A DNA stretch of 61,207 bases, counting the filler, from Aduncisulcus paluster (Eukaryota): the NCBI GenBank assembly GCA_024181965.1. It is 5 parts of 5 records of this genome, joined end to end, with 100 filler letters (N's around TTAATTAATTAA, not from the genome) between each part and the next. Parts side by side here need not be neighbours in the genome. Positions count along the whole stretch, not along the records: positions 13,504 to 25,671 come from BQXS01010975.1; positions 25,772 to 44,617 come from BQXS01010978.1; 3 more parts are not named here. The stretch is one strand, 5' to 3'. This document shows, in pieces, positions 21,734 to 32,751 of this stretch. Numbering within the stretch: the first letter of the stretch is position 1; every line of letters starts with the position of its first letter. Both the position numbers and the translations under genes were made by a program. The notes below the pieces were generated by a model. The model searched no databases, had not been told where the DNA came from, and saw nothing but the letters and a program-made list of their open reading frames with translations.

Positions 21734-23149
21734 CTATTTCATATCCTTCACAGGTGTGCACCAGGCATCTTCAACCCTTTCGTTTGAGTAAAGAGCAGAA
21801 GTATCAGCTTTATCTTCTGATTCCCACTCATTTTTCTGGATTCTCAAAACCTCTGCATCAGCAGCTGCCCTCTCAACTTCTTCAACTTCAATCTCCAATC
21901 TGCGGCCATATCCAAGGACAAAGAAATAAAACATGGTAGCTACCAGCTTTCCAGTGAGATATTCTTCGGCATCTGGGTTGAATTCTGGCATATCAACCAT
22001 TCTTACGCGAGAATTACGACCGGCTTCATACATAATGTCAATAGCCTCCTCGGAAGTGAGTCCCATTGGTGAGGGGCATGAACAACCGGGACAAAAGGCA
22101 TATGAAATAGCATCAACATCAAAAGAAACGAAAGTACTCTCGAAGTCAGCGATACCCAAAACTTTACGGAAAATACTAATTGGATTCTCATATGGACCTG
22201 AATCCTCTCTCAAATCACGAAGCCAATCAATTCTACATCCTTTATCGATGCAATATTGTGTGTCAGCAACGGAACACTGGTGGGATTGAACAGNNNNNNN
22301 NNNNNNNNNNNNNATTCTTACGCGAGAATTACGACCGGCTTCATACATAATGTCAATAGCCTCCTCGGAAGTGAGTCCCATTGGTGAGGGGCATGAACAA
22401 CCGGGACAAAAGGCATATGAAATAGCATCAACATCAAAAGAAACGAAAGTACTCTCGAAGTCAGCGATACCCAAAACTTTACGGAAAATACTAATTGGAT
22501 TCTCATATGGACCTGAATCCTCTCTCAAATCACGAAGCCAATCAATTCTACATCCTTTATCGATGCAATATTGTGTGTCAGCAACGGAACACTGGTGGGA
22601 TTGAACAGCAAATTCTTCAATGGTTCCGGAGTAACCTTCACTCTCCAAAATCATTCTGAAGGGTGAACCACTGTGTACTTTTCCCTCCTTCTTCTCACGA
22701 ACATCAAGATGAGCATCAATATTGATGATACCAATGTCAGTACTTCCGAGCCCAGCTGAGAGCCCAAGATAATCAGGATAGGCGATATCGTGTCCTCCTC
22801 CAACAACAAAAGGAATCGCTCCAGCTTTAACAACAATTTCTACTTTTCTTGCAAGATCGGCATGCATCTCTTCAAGAGAAGCTCCAACGGCATCGCCAAA
22901 ATCGGCAATCTTAACAGATTCAAGATCACAAGTATATCTAGGATTTGGAATAGTTCCCAAACGCTTAATAAAATGTCTAAATACAGAAGGAGCGCGGCGA
23001 GCACCGACCCGCCCGCCATTTCTACGAACACCTTCATCAGTTGGACATCCAATTATTACAATGTCCATTTCATCCGTAGATGGATCAAATGTTGGTTTGA
23101 TAATATCTCCGAGCCGTTTATCCATGCAATATGCTTCCAAAAGTGACAT
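21734..23149 (-). CDS. hutG: Ureohydrolase, formimidoylglutamase (HutG)-like; ~105 aa artefactual duplication at N gap
   Basis: IIGCPTDEGVRRNGGRVGA..AP, GGGHD, INIDAHLDVR, HSGSPF, SFDVDAI..PGCSCPSP.GL, EFNP. Confidence 0.8.
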   Translation of the reverse strand: MSLLEAYCMDKRLGDIIKPTFDPSTDEMDIVIIGCPTDEGVRRNGGRVGARRAPSVFRHFIKRLGTIPNPRYTCDLESVKIADFGDAVGASLEEMHADLARKVEIVVKAGAIPFVVGGGHDIAYPDYLGLSAGLGSTDIGIINIDAHLDVREKKEGKVHSGSPFRMILESEGYSGTIEEFAVQSHQCSVADTQYCIDKGCRIDWLRDLREDSGPYENPISIFRKVLGIADFESTFVSFDVDAISYAFCPGCSCPSPMGLTSEEAIDIMYEAGRNSRVRXXXXXXXXVQSHQCSVADTQYCIDKGCRIDWLRDLREDSGPYENPISIFRKVLGIADFESTFVSFDVDAISYAFCPGCSCPSPMGLTSEEAIDIMYEAGRNSRVRMVDMPEFNPDAEEYLTGKLVATMFYFFVLGYGRRLEIEVEEVERAAADAEVLRIQKNEWESEDKADTSALYSNERVEDAWCTPVKDMK

Positions 23150-23481
23150 AATGATTTTGCAACTCTCTCTTGATCATTTATCTGAATGAGACATGGATCA
23201 ACTAGTTGTTTTGTGAACTTAAAATGCACGAATCTGTGACCAAACATAAATTATGCTTTTATTTTATAAAAAATACCAAAAGAGCTCACAAGTCTATTTT
23301 CAAAATCCCAAGTTGGGATGTCAATTGCGCCAAAGACAAGTCGTTTGGGATTTAATCCATCAATTTTTGTATGTTTCTATTGTCTAACCCATACAAATGA
23401 GAGAATGAGAATCCCAAAAGAGATATTTCTCGATAGGAAGACAATTTTAGATAAATATATTTATTTAAGATGTGATGCACC

Positions 23482-25671
23482 TTAAAGTCTGTCTTCGTAA
23501 TCGGAAACCTTGGGGATGACTTCTTTCATTTCCTTTCTCTTCCTGAGCTCCATCATGATCTTGTAAGATTGGTTACCTTCTTCAAGAGGATCAGATTCAA
23601 CAATCTCGTAGTGGGAGAAAGAACATTGAGGGAAACCTTGACCGGAAGTCTGCTCACGGAGATCGGCATCGAAACCGAAAGACTCAGAAACGGGCAAATA
23701 GGCCTTGAAGGTCATGAGAGGAGTTCCGACACGTTGTTCCTCATCGAACACACGACCACGACGGCGGGAAACAACAGAGTAAACACCTCCACAAGCACTC
23801 TCGGGACAACTGATCTCAACAAGGTACATGGGCTCCATGAAACGAGGTTTGGCAACGAGCATAGAACCGAGAAGGGCACGACGACAAGCGGGCATGATCT
23901 GACCACAACCACGGTGGATAGCATCAGTATGGAGAGTAGCATCATGGATTCTGAAAACAATACCACGAAGTTGCTCACCACCGAGAGGACCTTCCATAGT
24001 AACCCAAGCGAAAGCACGGTTACAGTGATCTTGAATTTCGTTCATGTACTGAACTCCGACAGTAGCATCAAGGAAAATGTTAGGACCACGCATGTGAGGA
24101 CCGAAAGCCCAAATCTTTCTGGCTTCATTGGGCTCGAAACCGAACTGAGCAGAGAGGGTCTTGGCACGCTCTTTAACATCCATATCAGGACGGATATCAC
24201 CCTTGTCGATCAAGGCAACGAGCTCCTCATCCATGGGAGAGGCAGAAAGGAGAAGACGGTTGTGCTTGTTAGGAGACTTACCCATGATGTGACGAGAGGA
24301 GGTCTCAGTAACAGTTTCACGGTAGGTAACGACAGGGTCGTGGATAACCAAAGGAGCACCACAGTATTCTTCCTGGAGATCCTTAAGACAGATTTCGAGA
24401 TGCAACTCACCGGCACCAGCGATGATGTGCTCACCATTCTCAGTGGTGTAACATTGGACACAAGGATCAGACTTGCTCAATCTCTTCAATCCCTCAACCA
24501 ACTTGGGAAGGTCAGAGGGGTTCTTGGGTTCAACGGAACGTTGCACAACGGGAGACACAGAGAATTTCATGGAACGGATGATGGCGGCTTCCTCAGAAGT
24601 AGTAAGAGTGGCGTTCTTAAGAATGAATTGATCAAGACCAACCAAGGCGATAGTGTTACCACAAGGACAAGACTCAACGGCTTCAGTCTTTCCACCCATC
24701 ATGATAACGGTTCTCTGGATGTTCTTAATGGTGAGGTCATCCTTCTTACCCTTAACGTAGTTGGGACCGAGAATACGGACCTTTTGACCTGTCTTGACGG
24801 TACCAGAGAACACACGACCGAAGGCGTAGAAACGTCCCTTGTCGGAGGTGGGAACCATTTTGGAGATGTAGAGCATGAGAGGACCCTTAGGATCACAGGC
24901 CATGATAGCCTTAGCACACTCATCTTCCATATCTCCGGTGTAAAGAGCTTCACATCTGTACTTCTGGGCTTCAACAGGAGAAGGCAAGTGAACGATAATC
25001 ATTTCAAGAAGAGCTTCGGCAGCGGGGAGGAATTTACGCATAACAGTCTTAAGCAAATCCTTACCAACAAGGTCAGACTCATCGGGGCTCAACTTAACGC
25101 CGAGTTTCTCAAGAATGTCTTTGTAAACCTTCTTGTTGTCCTTCATGATGGAATCGAATAATTTGTAGATGGGGTTCAAGATGTAGTGGACGAAGTAACG
25201 GGTAGTGTCCTTTCCAGCCTTCTTGACGGTCTTTCCCTTTTTGTCAAGGAAGTAGTTACCCCACAAACGTTTCATGAGTTTCTCTCTGGGGATACCGAAT
25301 TTGGCAGCATAGAGAGTGGCGAATTTGGTGAGGGTGAAACCCCAACCATGAAGACCAGAACCGAAAGCAACAGTTCCCTTTTCAGGACCAACAGTAAGTC
25401 TGTCAGCAGAACCCTCATCACTGTAGGTCTGGATCTGAAGGTTAACGTTCTCAATAACACGACGGAAGGTTTGGTAGGCTTCTTCGGGGTCAAGTTGTAA
25501 CTCAAGAATAACACGATCAAGCTTGTTAAGCATAAGAACGGGTCTAACACGCTCTTGAAGACTCTGTCTAAGAACAGTTTCGGTCTGAACACACACACCT
25601 TCGATACAGTCGACAACAACAAGAGAACCATCAGTAACACGAAGAGCAGCAGTAACCTCAGAGGAGAAATC
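23482..25671 (-). CDS. EEF2: Eukaryotic translation elongation factor 2 (5' cut by contig end)
   Basis: DFSSEVTAALRVTDG, CVQTETVLRQ, MKFSVSPVV, GEHIIAGAGELHLEICLKDL, LHTDAIHRG diphthamide loop. Confidence 0.97.
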   Translation of the reverse strand, partial: DFSSEVTAALRVTDGSLVVVDCIEGVCVQTETVLRQSLQERVRPVLMLNKLDRVILELQLDPEEAYQTFRRVIENVNLQIQTYSDEGSADRLTVGPEKGTVAFGSGLHGWGFTLTKFATLYAAKFGIPREKLMKRLWGNYFLDKKGKTVKKAGKDTTRYFVHYILNPIYKLFDSIMKDNKKVYKDILEKLGVKLSPDESDLVGKDLLKTVMRKFLPAAEALLEMIIVHLPSPVEAQKYRCEALYTGDMEDECAKAIMACDPKGPLMLYISKMVPTSDKGRFYAFGRVFSGTVKTGQKVRILGPNYVKGKKDDLTIKNIQRTVIMMGGKTEAVESCPCGNTIALVGLDQFILKNATLTTSEEAAIIRSMKFSVSPVVQRSVEPKNPSDLPKLVEGLKRLSKSDPCVQCYTTENGEHIIAGAGELHLEICLKDLQEEYCGAPLVIHDPVVTYRETVTETSSRHIMGKSPNKHNRLLLSASPMDEELVALIDKGDIRPDMDVKERAKTLSAQFGFEPNEARKIWAFGPHMRGPNIFLDATVGVQYMNEIQDHCNRAFAWVTMEGPLGGEQLRGIVFRIHDATLHTDAIHRGCGQIMPACRRALLGSMLVAKPRFMEPMYLVEISCPESACGGVYSVVSRRRGRVFDEEQRVGTPLMTFKAYLPVSESFGFDADLREQTSGQGFPQCSFSHYEIVESDPLEEGNQSYKIMMELRKRKEMKEVIPKVSDYEDRL

Positions 25672-25771
25672 NNNNNNNNNNNNNNNNNNNNNNNNNNNNN
25701 NNNNNNNNNNNNNNNTTAATTAATTAANNNNNNNNNNNNNNNNNNNNNNNNNNNNNNNNNNNNNNNNNNNN
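25672..25771. other. Artificial contig linker
   Basis: N44-TTAATTAATTAA-N44. Confidence 0.97.
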
Positions 25772-26859
25772 GCGACAATCGAGAGCAAAAGAGAAAGTTA
25801 CGAAAATCAATGAAATGAAGAAAAGAGGACAATATTATAGGCAAGAATGGAAAATGAACCAAAATAGAATACAATAAAAAATGGTAAATATTCACAAAAT
25901 ATCAGCAATATCCACGATATCCACAAAACAAGATTGAGAATGGAAAAGAGGATAATATGTCCAAAAATACATACTTTTCTAATGAAACTGTGCAATACTT
26001 ATATCGATAATTGATACTCTAATGGATACTTAATTATCCCTTGAACGAAAACAAAAAACGACTCGCTTTTGTCAACGTTATTGTTATTGATGAATCTTTT
26101 TCGGGTTCTGAAATGTTTTTAACCGTTCATAGAACCATTTCAAAACAAATATATCCGTGAATTCGGACTCCTTGATGCTTTTTTCTTTTTTTGAAACATC
26201 CGATGTTGTCGCTGGTATCTTTGCTCTTTCCAGGCCGAGTTGAAATAGAATATGCTGCAAAATCGTGGATTCTGAAATCGACCATCAAAATGCTATTATT
26301 TATTGTTGGAGAGTCTTATCTCAGATAACATAATGAAATATCGATTATGATAATGAAGGATATCTTCAGAACCCATTTTGGATTCCCATATTGTTATTAT
26401 TTTCTGAGCACGGATTGTCATAAATCATGAAGGTTATCTCCGAGATACGAAGAGTCTTCTGGCGTATTTTCCACCGAGTTCATCACTGATAATTATTGGC
26501 AATAACCCGACTTGGCTTGAACTTTGAGAGCCAGATATCAAGATAATATAAGATTTATTGGCGAAATTTTCATTATTCTTGTCTAATAAAGCTATATTTC
26601 AGGTGATATAATGTATGCTAGTACAATGCTCATTGTCAATGAGAATCATCCATTTTATTTTGTAAAAATACCAATATTATTGAAAGCAATTGCTAGTATA
26701 CTATGCTCGTATAGCATATGAATTTAAAGGTGCTACTTTTAAGCACATGAAAACTATAACCAATGCCACAAAGTAAAAATAAAAATATAATACAAACAAC
26801 CAATAACACAAATCCAGATATTTTCCATAAATGATTATAACCATCTGAAACAAAACTAA

Positions 26860-27493
26860 ACAATAAAATACCAAACCAATAGTCCATAATCACATTTTAC
26901 AACAAGTTTCTCAAGAGATCCAATACTTTTCGATCTCTTGAATATTTGGAACTGATTTGAGCAATCAATTCAAATATTGCTCCACTCAAACATACACCAG
27001 CTAAAGTAATATCCAATGAACTGATTGGCTGATCATCCTCAATAAAAAACCATGTAGGCAATGATAAACTATATTGGAGTGCCCTTCTCTCTTGCGAAAT
27101 CCATGACGTTAAAAATGGTTTCTTGATAAAATGATGATAGATTTGCACCAATGATGATAGATTTGCACCAACGAAGGCAGTGATGAAGATACCTTCATTG
27201 ACTGATGGCCAGGAGTATTGGGTCTATAAGAAACATCAAAATTGATAAGGAGACGTGCAAAACTACCATGGGGAATCTTCAAATCAACACCAAAGTTTTC
27301 TTTATAAAGAAACTTTCTTTGTCAAGGCGAATAACATTGTATATATTTGCATGAAGAATGTGTGGAGAATCTTGAGCAAGAGAAATGATTTGAGTACTGC
27401 AAACAATATCCATAATGACAGTGTACAGGCACAATATGTTTGTACCATGTTAGATGTGACAGAGGGCCAAAGATATTGAGAAATTTGCATCAT
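26860..27493 (-). pseudogene. Decayed DUF1295 / steroid 5-alpha-reductase-like membrane protein
   Basis: Fragments SLSLPTWF..PISSLDITLAGVCLSGAIFELIA and YWFGILLFS in broken frames; 20-bp tandem duplication at ~27131-27170. Confidence 0.45.
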
Positions 27494-29344
27494 CTCCTTG
27501 TATGCAATAAAATAACTCCAATTTTTTGTTAATTCATCAGGAAAGCAGCTGCCAATATATCAGCAATTATCATAACATCGTCTTCAAGTGAATTGAGGAA
27601 ATCTCAATCATACAGGTCAGAAAAAGCACCAGTAAAATTCATAAAACTCTTGGGCATTTCATGTGGAGAATTCAGAGATTTAATCAAGTCACTTGATGCC
27701 TTGGCAAGGCAATGCCGTCGGCATTATGCCGAAGAATGTAAGAAAAACAGCAAAAAACAACTTCATAATGGATATCAATAGATCAAAACAACTGGACTTA
27801 AATACATGTATTCTGGAAATAATTTCCATGTCATGGAATCGAGACAATGATGAAAATTAGTCATGTGGACGAACTAAATAATATTGAAAAAATATTTCGG
27901 CATAATGGGTATTAATGACGTACGTGATGGAGATTTTGTCGTATATAATTTTAGAGTGTTGTCCAAACGGCGTCAGTTGAAGCTCAAAAATTTATCAACT
28001 TATAATAGATGTTCTAAATATTTTATTGGTTATAGTTTTGCACATAATGTTGTAACAATGTCATAAAATTGACTCAGATGGTAACCAGACAGTTGAATGA
28101 TCTTGGTTAGTTTATTTTGTTACGTATACAATATTATTTCAAGTAATTACCTCCAAATGAATAGACGTTGATCTTTATTAACTGAAATATTCAATTATAA
28201 ACATCGAAATATGATGTTTTATGCTCTTTCTTGGGATGAGTTTTTTATCAATGAGAATAAGAGTATAAAACACGATAAAAGATCGAATTTCATGTCAAAA
28301 ACATCTTGTGGAGCAAATGGCATGTTTTTATTGATTTGATTCCCTCTTTATACTGTGTCATTCATAACATCTTCATTGTACAACCTCTTAAGAATATTTT
28401 CCCCGATATTCCTGGAGTATCATGATAAAACGGAGCTTAAACTCATTGCAACTCGAAGTTCATTCCATTATTATCTCTACTGCTTGTTATTGTGTGTCAA
28501 TGATGTCTGTTTGATTCTCGGACCTTTTGATACCTTATTGTTCTTTTTATTGTCATAAAACTGAACTCAAATGTTTGTTATTTGCCACACTACTCCATAA
28601 AATACTGCTCACAAATTTTAAACACTCAATTTTCTGGTTCTGTTCGTTGCTCCTGGTTTCCACCCATTGTCTCTGAAAGTAATTGAGAAAATGACACAAC
28701 TGCCCTCACTTAACTCATTTGAATCTCGAACAACGCATCAATAACATTAATGGCACCTATAACATCAATGCTATTTAATCTGTGGCACATCATCTTATTC
28801 TTGGATGATGATTCTCGATTCGTGATATTTCCTTTGTTTTGCCGAATTCAAGCTTTTCTCTTCTCCTTGAATCATAAGAAGAGAACTAGAACTGTGTCTA
28901 TGAAGTCTATTCTTTTTATTCTTGACTTCACCAATCTCCTATCTATTTATGAGTAAATTTCCCCCCTTTTACCCCCATCCGTGGGGGTCCCCCCTGTACG
29001 GTGGTTGCACTGTACATTTCTTTAATATTTTTTTCAAAAAAACAAAAACAAACAAAAACACAAACTTTCCACCGGCGGTGGCTGAGAAAAATGGGGGAAC
29101 CTTCATCAAAAAATGACTAAAATTTTTATATTTTTTGCTATTACCTGCAAATATTACTTTCCAAAATGATATTGATGTTAAGATCTGTTCCCGAGATGTT
29201 CTGTTGTCTCTACGCTTCAACAACGATAAAAATCAAATTTCAAAAATTGAAAGAAGTATTTTATCTATTAAAATTAGATTCTTTCCACTTCATTCCAATT
29301 TTTTGACAGTTTGAGTAGAATTCCTCACCGACGCTTCATTCATC

Positions 29345-31573
29345 GTGTCTTGTCGACACTACTCGAGTTTTTCTTTACCTCTACATCTATTTCAAACATT
29401 TATTATGTATATTTTCCAATTTTCACCTTCAGATCCGGATAATTCCGATCTTTCTGATTTGGAAAAAGTTCTCGTGAGGAAATACTCCCCATTGCATTCT
29501 ACAAGCCCTGAAAGCAAATCTTGTAGCTTTTGTAAAGGATTGATCTTTGATGAAATGTACCAGGTGATCTGTTCAAATGATTCACGTGTTGTTTTCAATT
29601 TTCATCCTTGTTGTGCTTCATTTATTTCTCTACAAAGACAATCGTGCCCTGTTTGTTCTCACCACTTGCAACCCTTCCATTTGAGGGATGGAATAGATAA
29701 AAGTGAAGAGAAATCATGTACATTCAAGCATATCAAAACTGGTCTTGGTGCTAAAGGTTGTTCTGAGTGTTTTTTCTGCCATTCTAAACCAATTTTGGCA
29801 GATTTATCAAAACATATTGCTTCTGAACATCTCGGTAAATTTAAATCGAACAAGGATTTTGATTCCAAGAAGTTCCCTCTTTTCTTATCCCTTGAAGAGG
29901 TCGTTTCCCTGCTACAACAGCAAATGAAGAACCATCCATTCCCTTCTGAACGGTTTTCTATTGTCACTGATCAGGGAAGAGCAGTTCCTGGGCCATGGGC
30001 TGCGTTTTTGCGTTCTTTGACTGTATATCGCCTTGTTAAGATTAGAACAAACAATAATATTGCCACATTAACTGAAAAAATGGGACATAAATCTGGTATT
30101 GGTCCCTTTATTCCATTTAATTCTGTTGGAATGATGACTCTCTCAAAACATCTTGTTTTGCCCGTGTTCCTCCCTGTTTTGTCCCGGGGACCAACAAAAG
30201 AGGAGATAATAGCTAATTTGAGCGATGCATTCACCGTCTAGATGTCTGATCCAAGCACAATCAATCCGATGTCCTCCTTATCTGCTTCTGTTTATTTACA
30301 GGCACTTTCCTTGGATTCTTGCGCTGGTATGAATGATTCGATTGTGTCTTGCTGTGGTGGTGATGTCAAACTATCCCGTGCTGGCATTTCTCCACTTAAG
30401 GAAGGAGATAAGGTTTCTAATCTGTGGAGCTATCCTCTCATCCAGAAACATGCCTCCAAACGGGGCAGGGTGAGATCTTTGGTTCTTGGTTCTGAGAATT
30501 GTCTTGATATTGGAACTGTGGTAGGAATCTCTCGAGCTGGGTTGGAAGTCCTTGTTCAATTCCAGGATGGAGAGGTTGACGCATTCAATCCTGCCCATTT
30601 ATGTGTTGTTTCAACAAAAACTGTTAATTCTATCGGCAAGAAATACAAATCTATTTTTGGAACAGTTCCTATTGTGTCTTCCCCATCCACAGGTTCTTTG
30701 AAGTCCTCTAAATCGTCGAAGAAGTCGAAGAAATCTAAAAAATCGAAGAAAGGCGGGCTTGGTTCTGCTCTCGAAGTCCATTCCATTGATATCGCTGTCG
30801 ATGAGATGACTGTTGCTGGAAAAGATCGCAAACCCTCCTCTTCCTCCTCTTCCTCCTCTTCCTCCTCTTCCTCCTCCAAACGAAAAGTTCAGAAATCGAT
30901 TGAATATTTCATTGATGACGATGCCCCCGATGACCATGCCTCCCCTCTTGGGCCTGGGACGGACAATCCAAGGTGTTCAGTGTTGTTGCCCACCAAGAAG
31001 TCTTCAAAGGGCTGTATTGTGGCGACAGTTAAGTCTGGTTATATTGTTGGTGTGTCTGAGTGCAGCTTTGAGGTATATTTGGATGATCATGGAGAATCTG
31101 GATATGTTCCTCATACATGTGTTCTATTAATGGATACTGAGAAAGATACTGATGATTTAGGAATTGATGACGATGATTTATCCGTTGAAATCGAACTTCC
31201 CAAGATCGGTCGAATTGAACCGGCCGCTTATCCTGACTTGCCTGGTCCCTTGATTGGCTCTGACCTTCCTATCACATCTCCCATGGCTCCTGACCTTGGC
31301 GATCTTCCTCCAATTATTCCTCCCCACGATGTGACTGGAGGTGGAGTAGGGGCTATTGTTAGTCCGAGTGCACCTGATTTCGCTGATATTCCTGCCATTG
31401 GTGATCCTTCTGGACTTGCCCCTTCTTCAGGTGCCTTTCCAATTGTTGATGGACCGACTTCAGGAGTATTTGTGGTCGATGAAGGTGTTGACATGTCACT
31501 TTTCATGAGAAGTCGTGGATCTGCTGAAACTCCACTTGCTCCGACATTCGATGATCCGACGACTCATGAATGA
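29345..31573 (+). CDS. Zn-finger (RING/PHD-like + C2H2) and SH3-like protein with Pro-rich tail, interrupted by an in-frame TAG at 30239-30241
   Basis: CSFC..C..FHPCC..CPVC; CFFC..LSKHIASEH; MIB-repeat-like GTVVGI..VLVQF..FNPAHL; SH3-like GESGYVP; the two listed ORFs abut in the same frame. Confidence 0.5.
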
Positions 31574-32430
31574 TCTGTATGAGCTTATATATATTGTCTA
31601 TTCATACTAATCCACACTATGATAAAATATATCATAATATATTGGCAAGATATTGTTAAATTATATATGATTTCTTATATGGCTAACTCGATCGATCAAC
31701 AACTATTTTTTCGAAGAAATATAATTATAAGTTGAGAAATCTTTTGGTTTATATTGTGAGATATAAAGTATGTGCTTATATGGATGGTTGTTATCATTTT
31801 GTTCAAATAAATCAAAATGGTAATTCTCTTCGAGCTCAGCTTCAATCTTCGAAGGTTTCAAAGCATCACCTCTGACCTCAGACCTTTGACCAATCATGTT
31901 GCTTTTGTGTATGAACTCATTCAAAAAGAAGTTCATCGGAAGTCATAGTATATCAAAAATGTCGATGCTCTTGTGATCGATGGATAATTATTTATACCAG
32001 TGGAATGATCTCTCTCGATTCAAACGGACTGAAAGTGAGGGAGAATGGTGTTCTTTCTAATTGATGGATTTCTACTGCTGCTTTGTAAGCCTTAAGGCAG
32101 CGAGAATGATTTCGTCTGAATCTTGTAATATCACGGTCACTCTGCACCATAGATTTGTGTTGAATACAATGAAGCTTGATTATATCAGTCTGGGCAAGCG
32201 TCAATTATTTTGTTTACCGTTGCCTTCTCTCGGCATGATCTCCTGATTCGTCTAATTGCATGGGTCTCCAATTGTAATGAAAATGCATGTGTGGATGTTG
32301 CAATGACATGATGTCATCGTGCTTTACATTGACCATAAATGATCAAAGTAATAGCAGCTGGTCATAGGCAGTACTGAATGATGGGCAAGCGAAGAGACAT
32401 TTGATGACATTGGAGTTGTCGGAGATTGGG

Positions 32431-32549
32431 TGATAGATCCACTTATCACGCATATGATATTGGTGCTGTTGCAGATTGAGTGATAGATCCACTTATCACG
32501 CATATGATATTGGTGCTGTTGCAGATTGAGTGATAGATCCACTTATCAC
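32431..32549. repeat. 50-bp tandem repeat, ~2.4 copies
   Basis: Unit TGATAGATCCACTTATCACGCATATGATATTGGTGCTGTTGCAGATTGAG. Confidence 0.95.
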
Positions 32550-32751
32550 TGGCAGCTTGGGACTCGTCCGGGTATGGGATCATAGCACGTCATGAAAGTG
32601 TTCTCTTTTACAGTGGTGGAGCTGTAAAGTATAGTATGGTTTGTGATCAACTGTATCAATTCATGTTCTGTATGTATGTAGGGTGGGTGGGTGGGCAAGA
32701 CATACATTCTTACTTGCATTCTCAGAAAGGCGTGCTCAGTTCTTGCAAGTT

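Noticed and set aside
23569-25161. 530-aa plus-strand ORF
   Set aside because: Antisense shadow of the codon-biased EF2 gene
32431-32549. CRISPR-like array with palindromic GTGATA..TATCAC
   Set aside because: The would-be spacers are identical, no cas genes, eukaryotic context; simple tandem repeat
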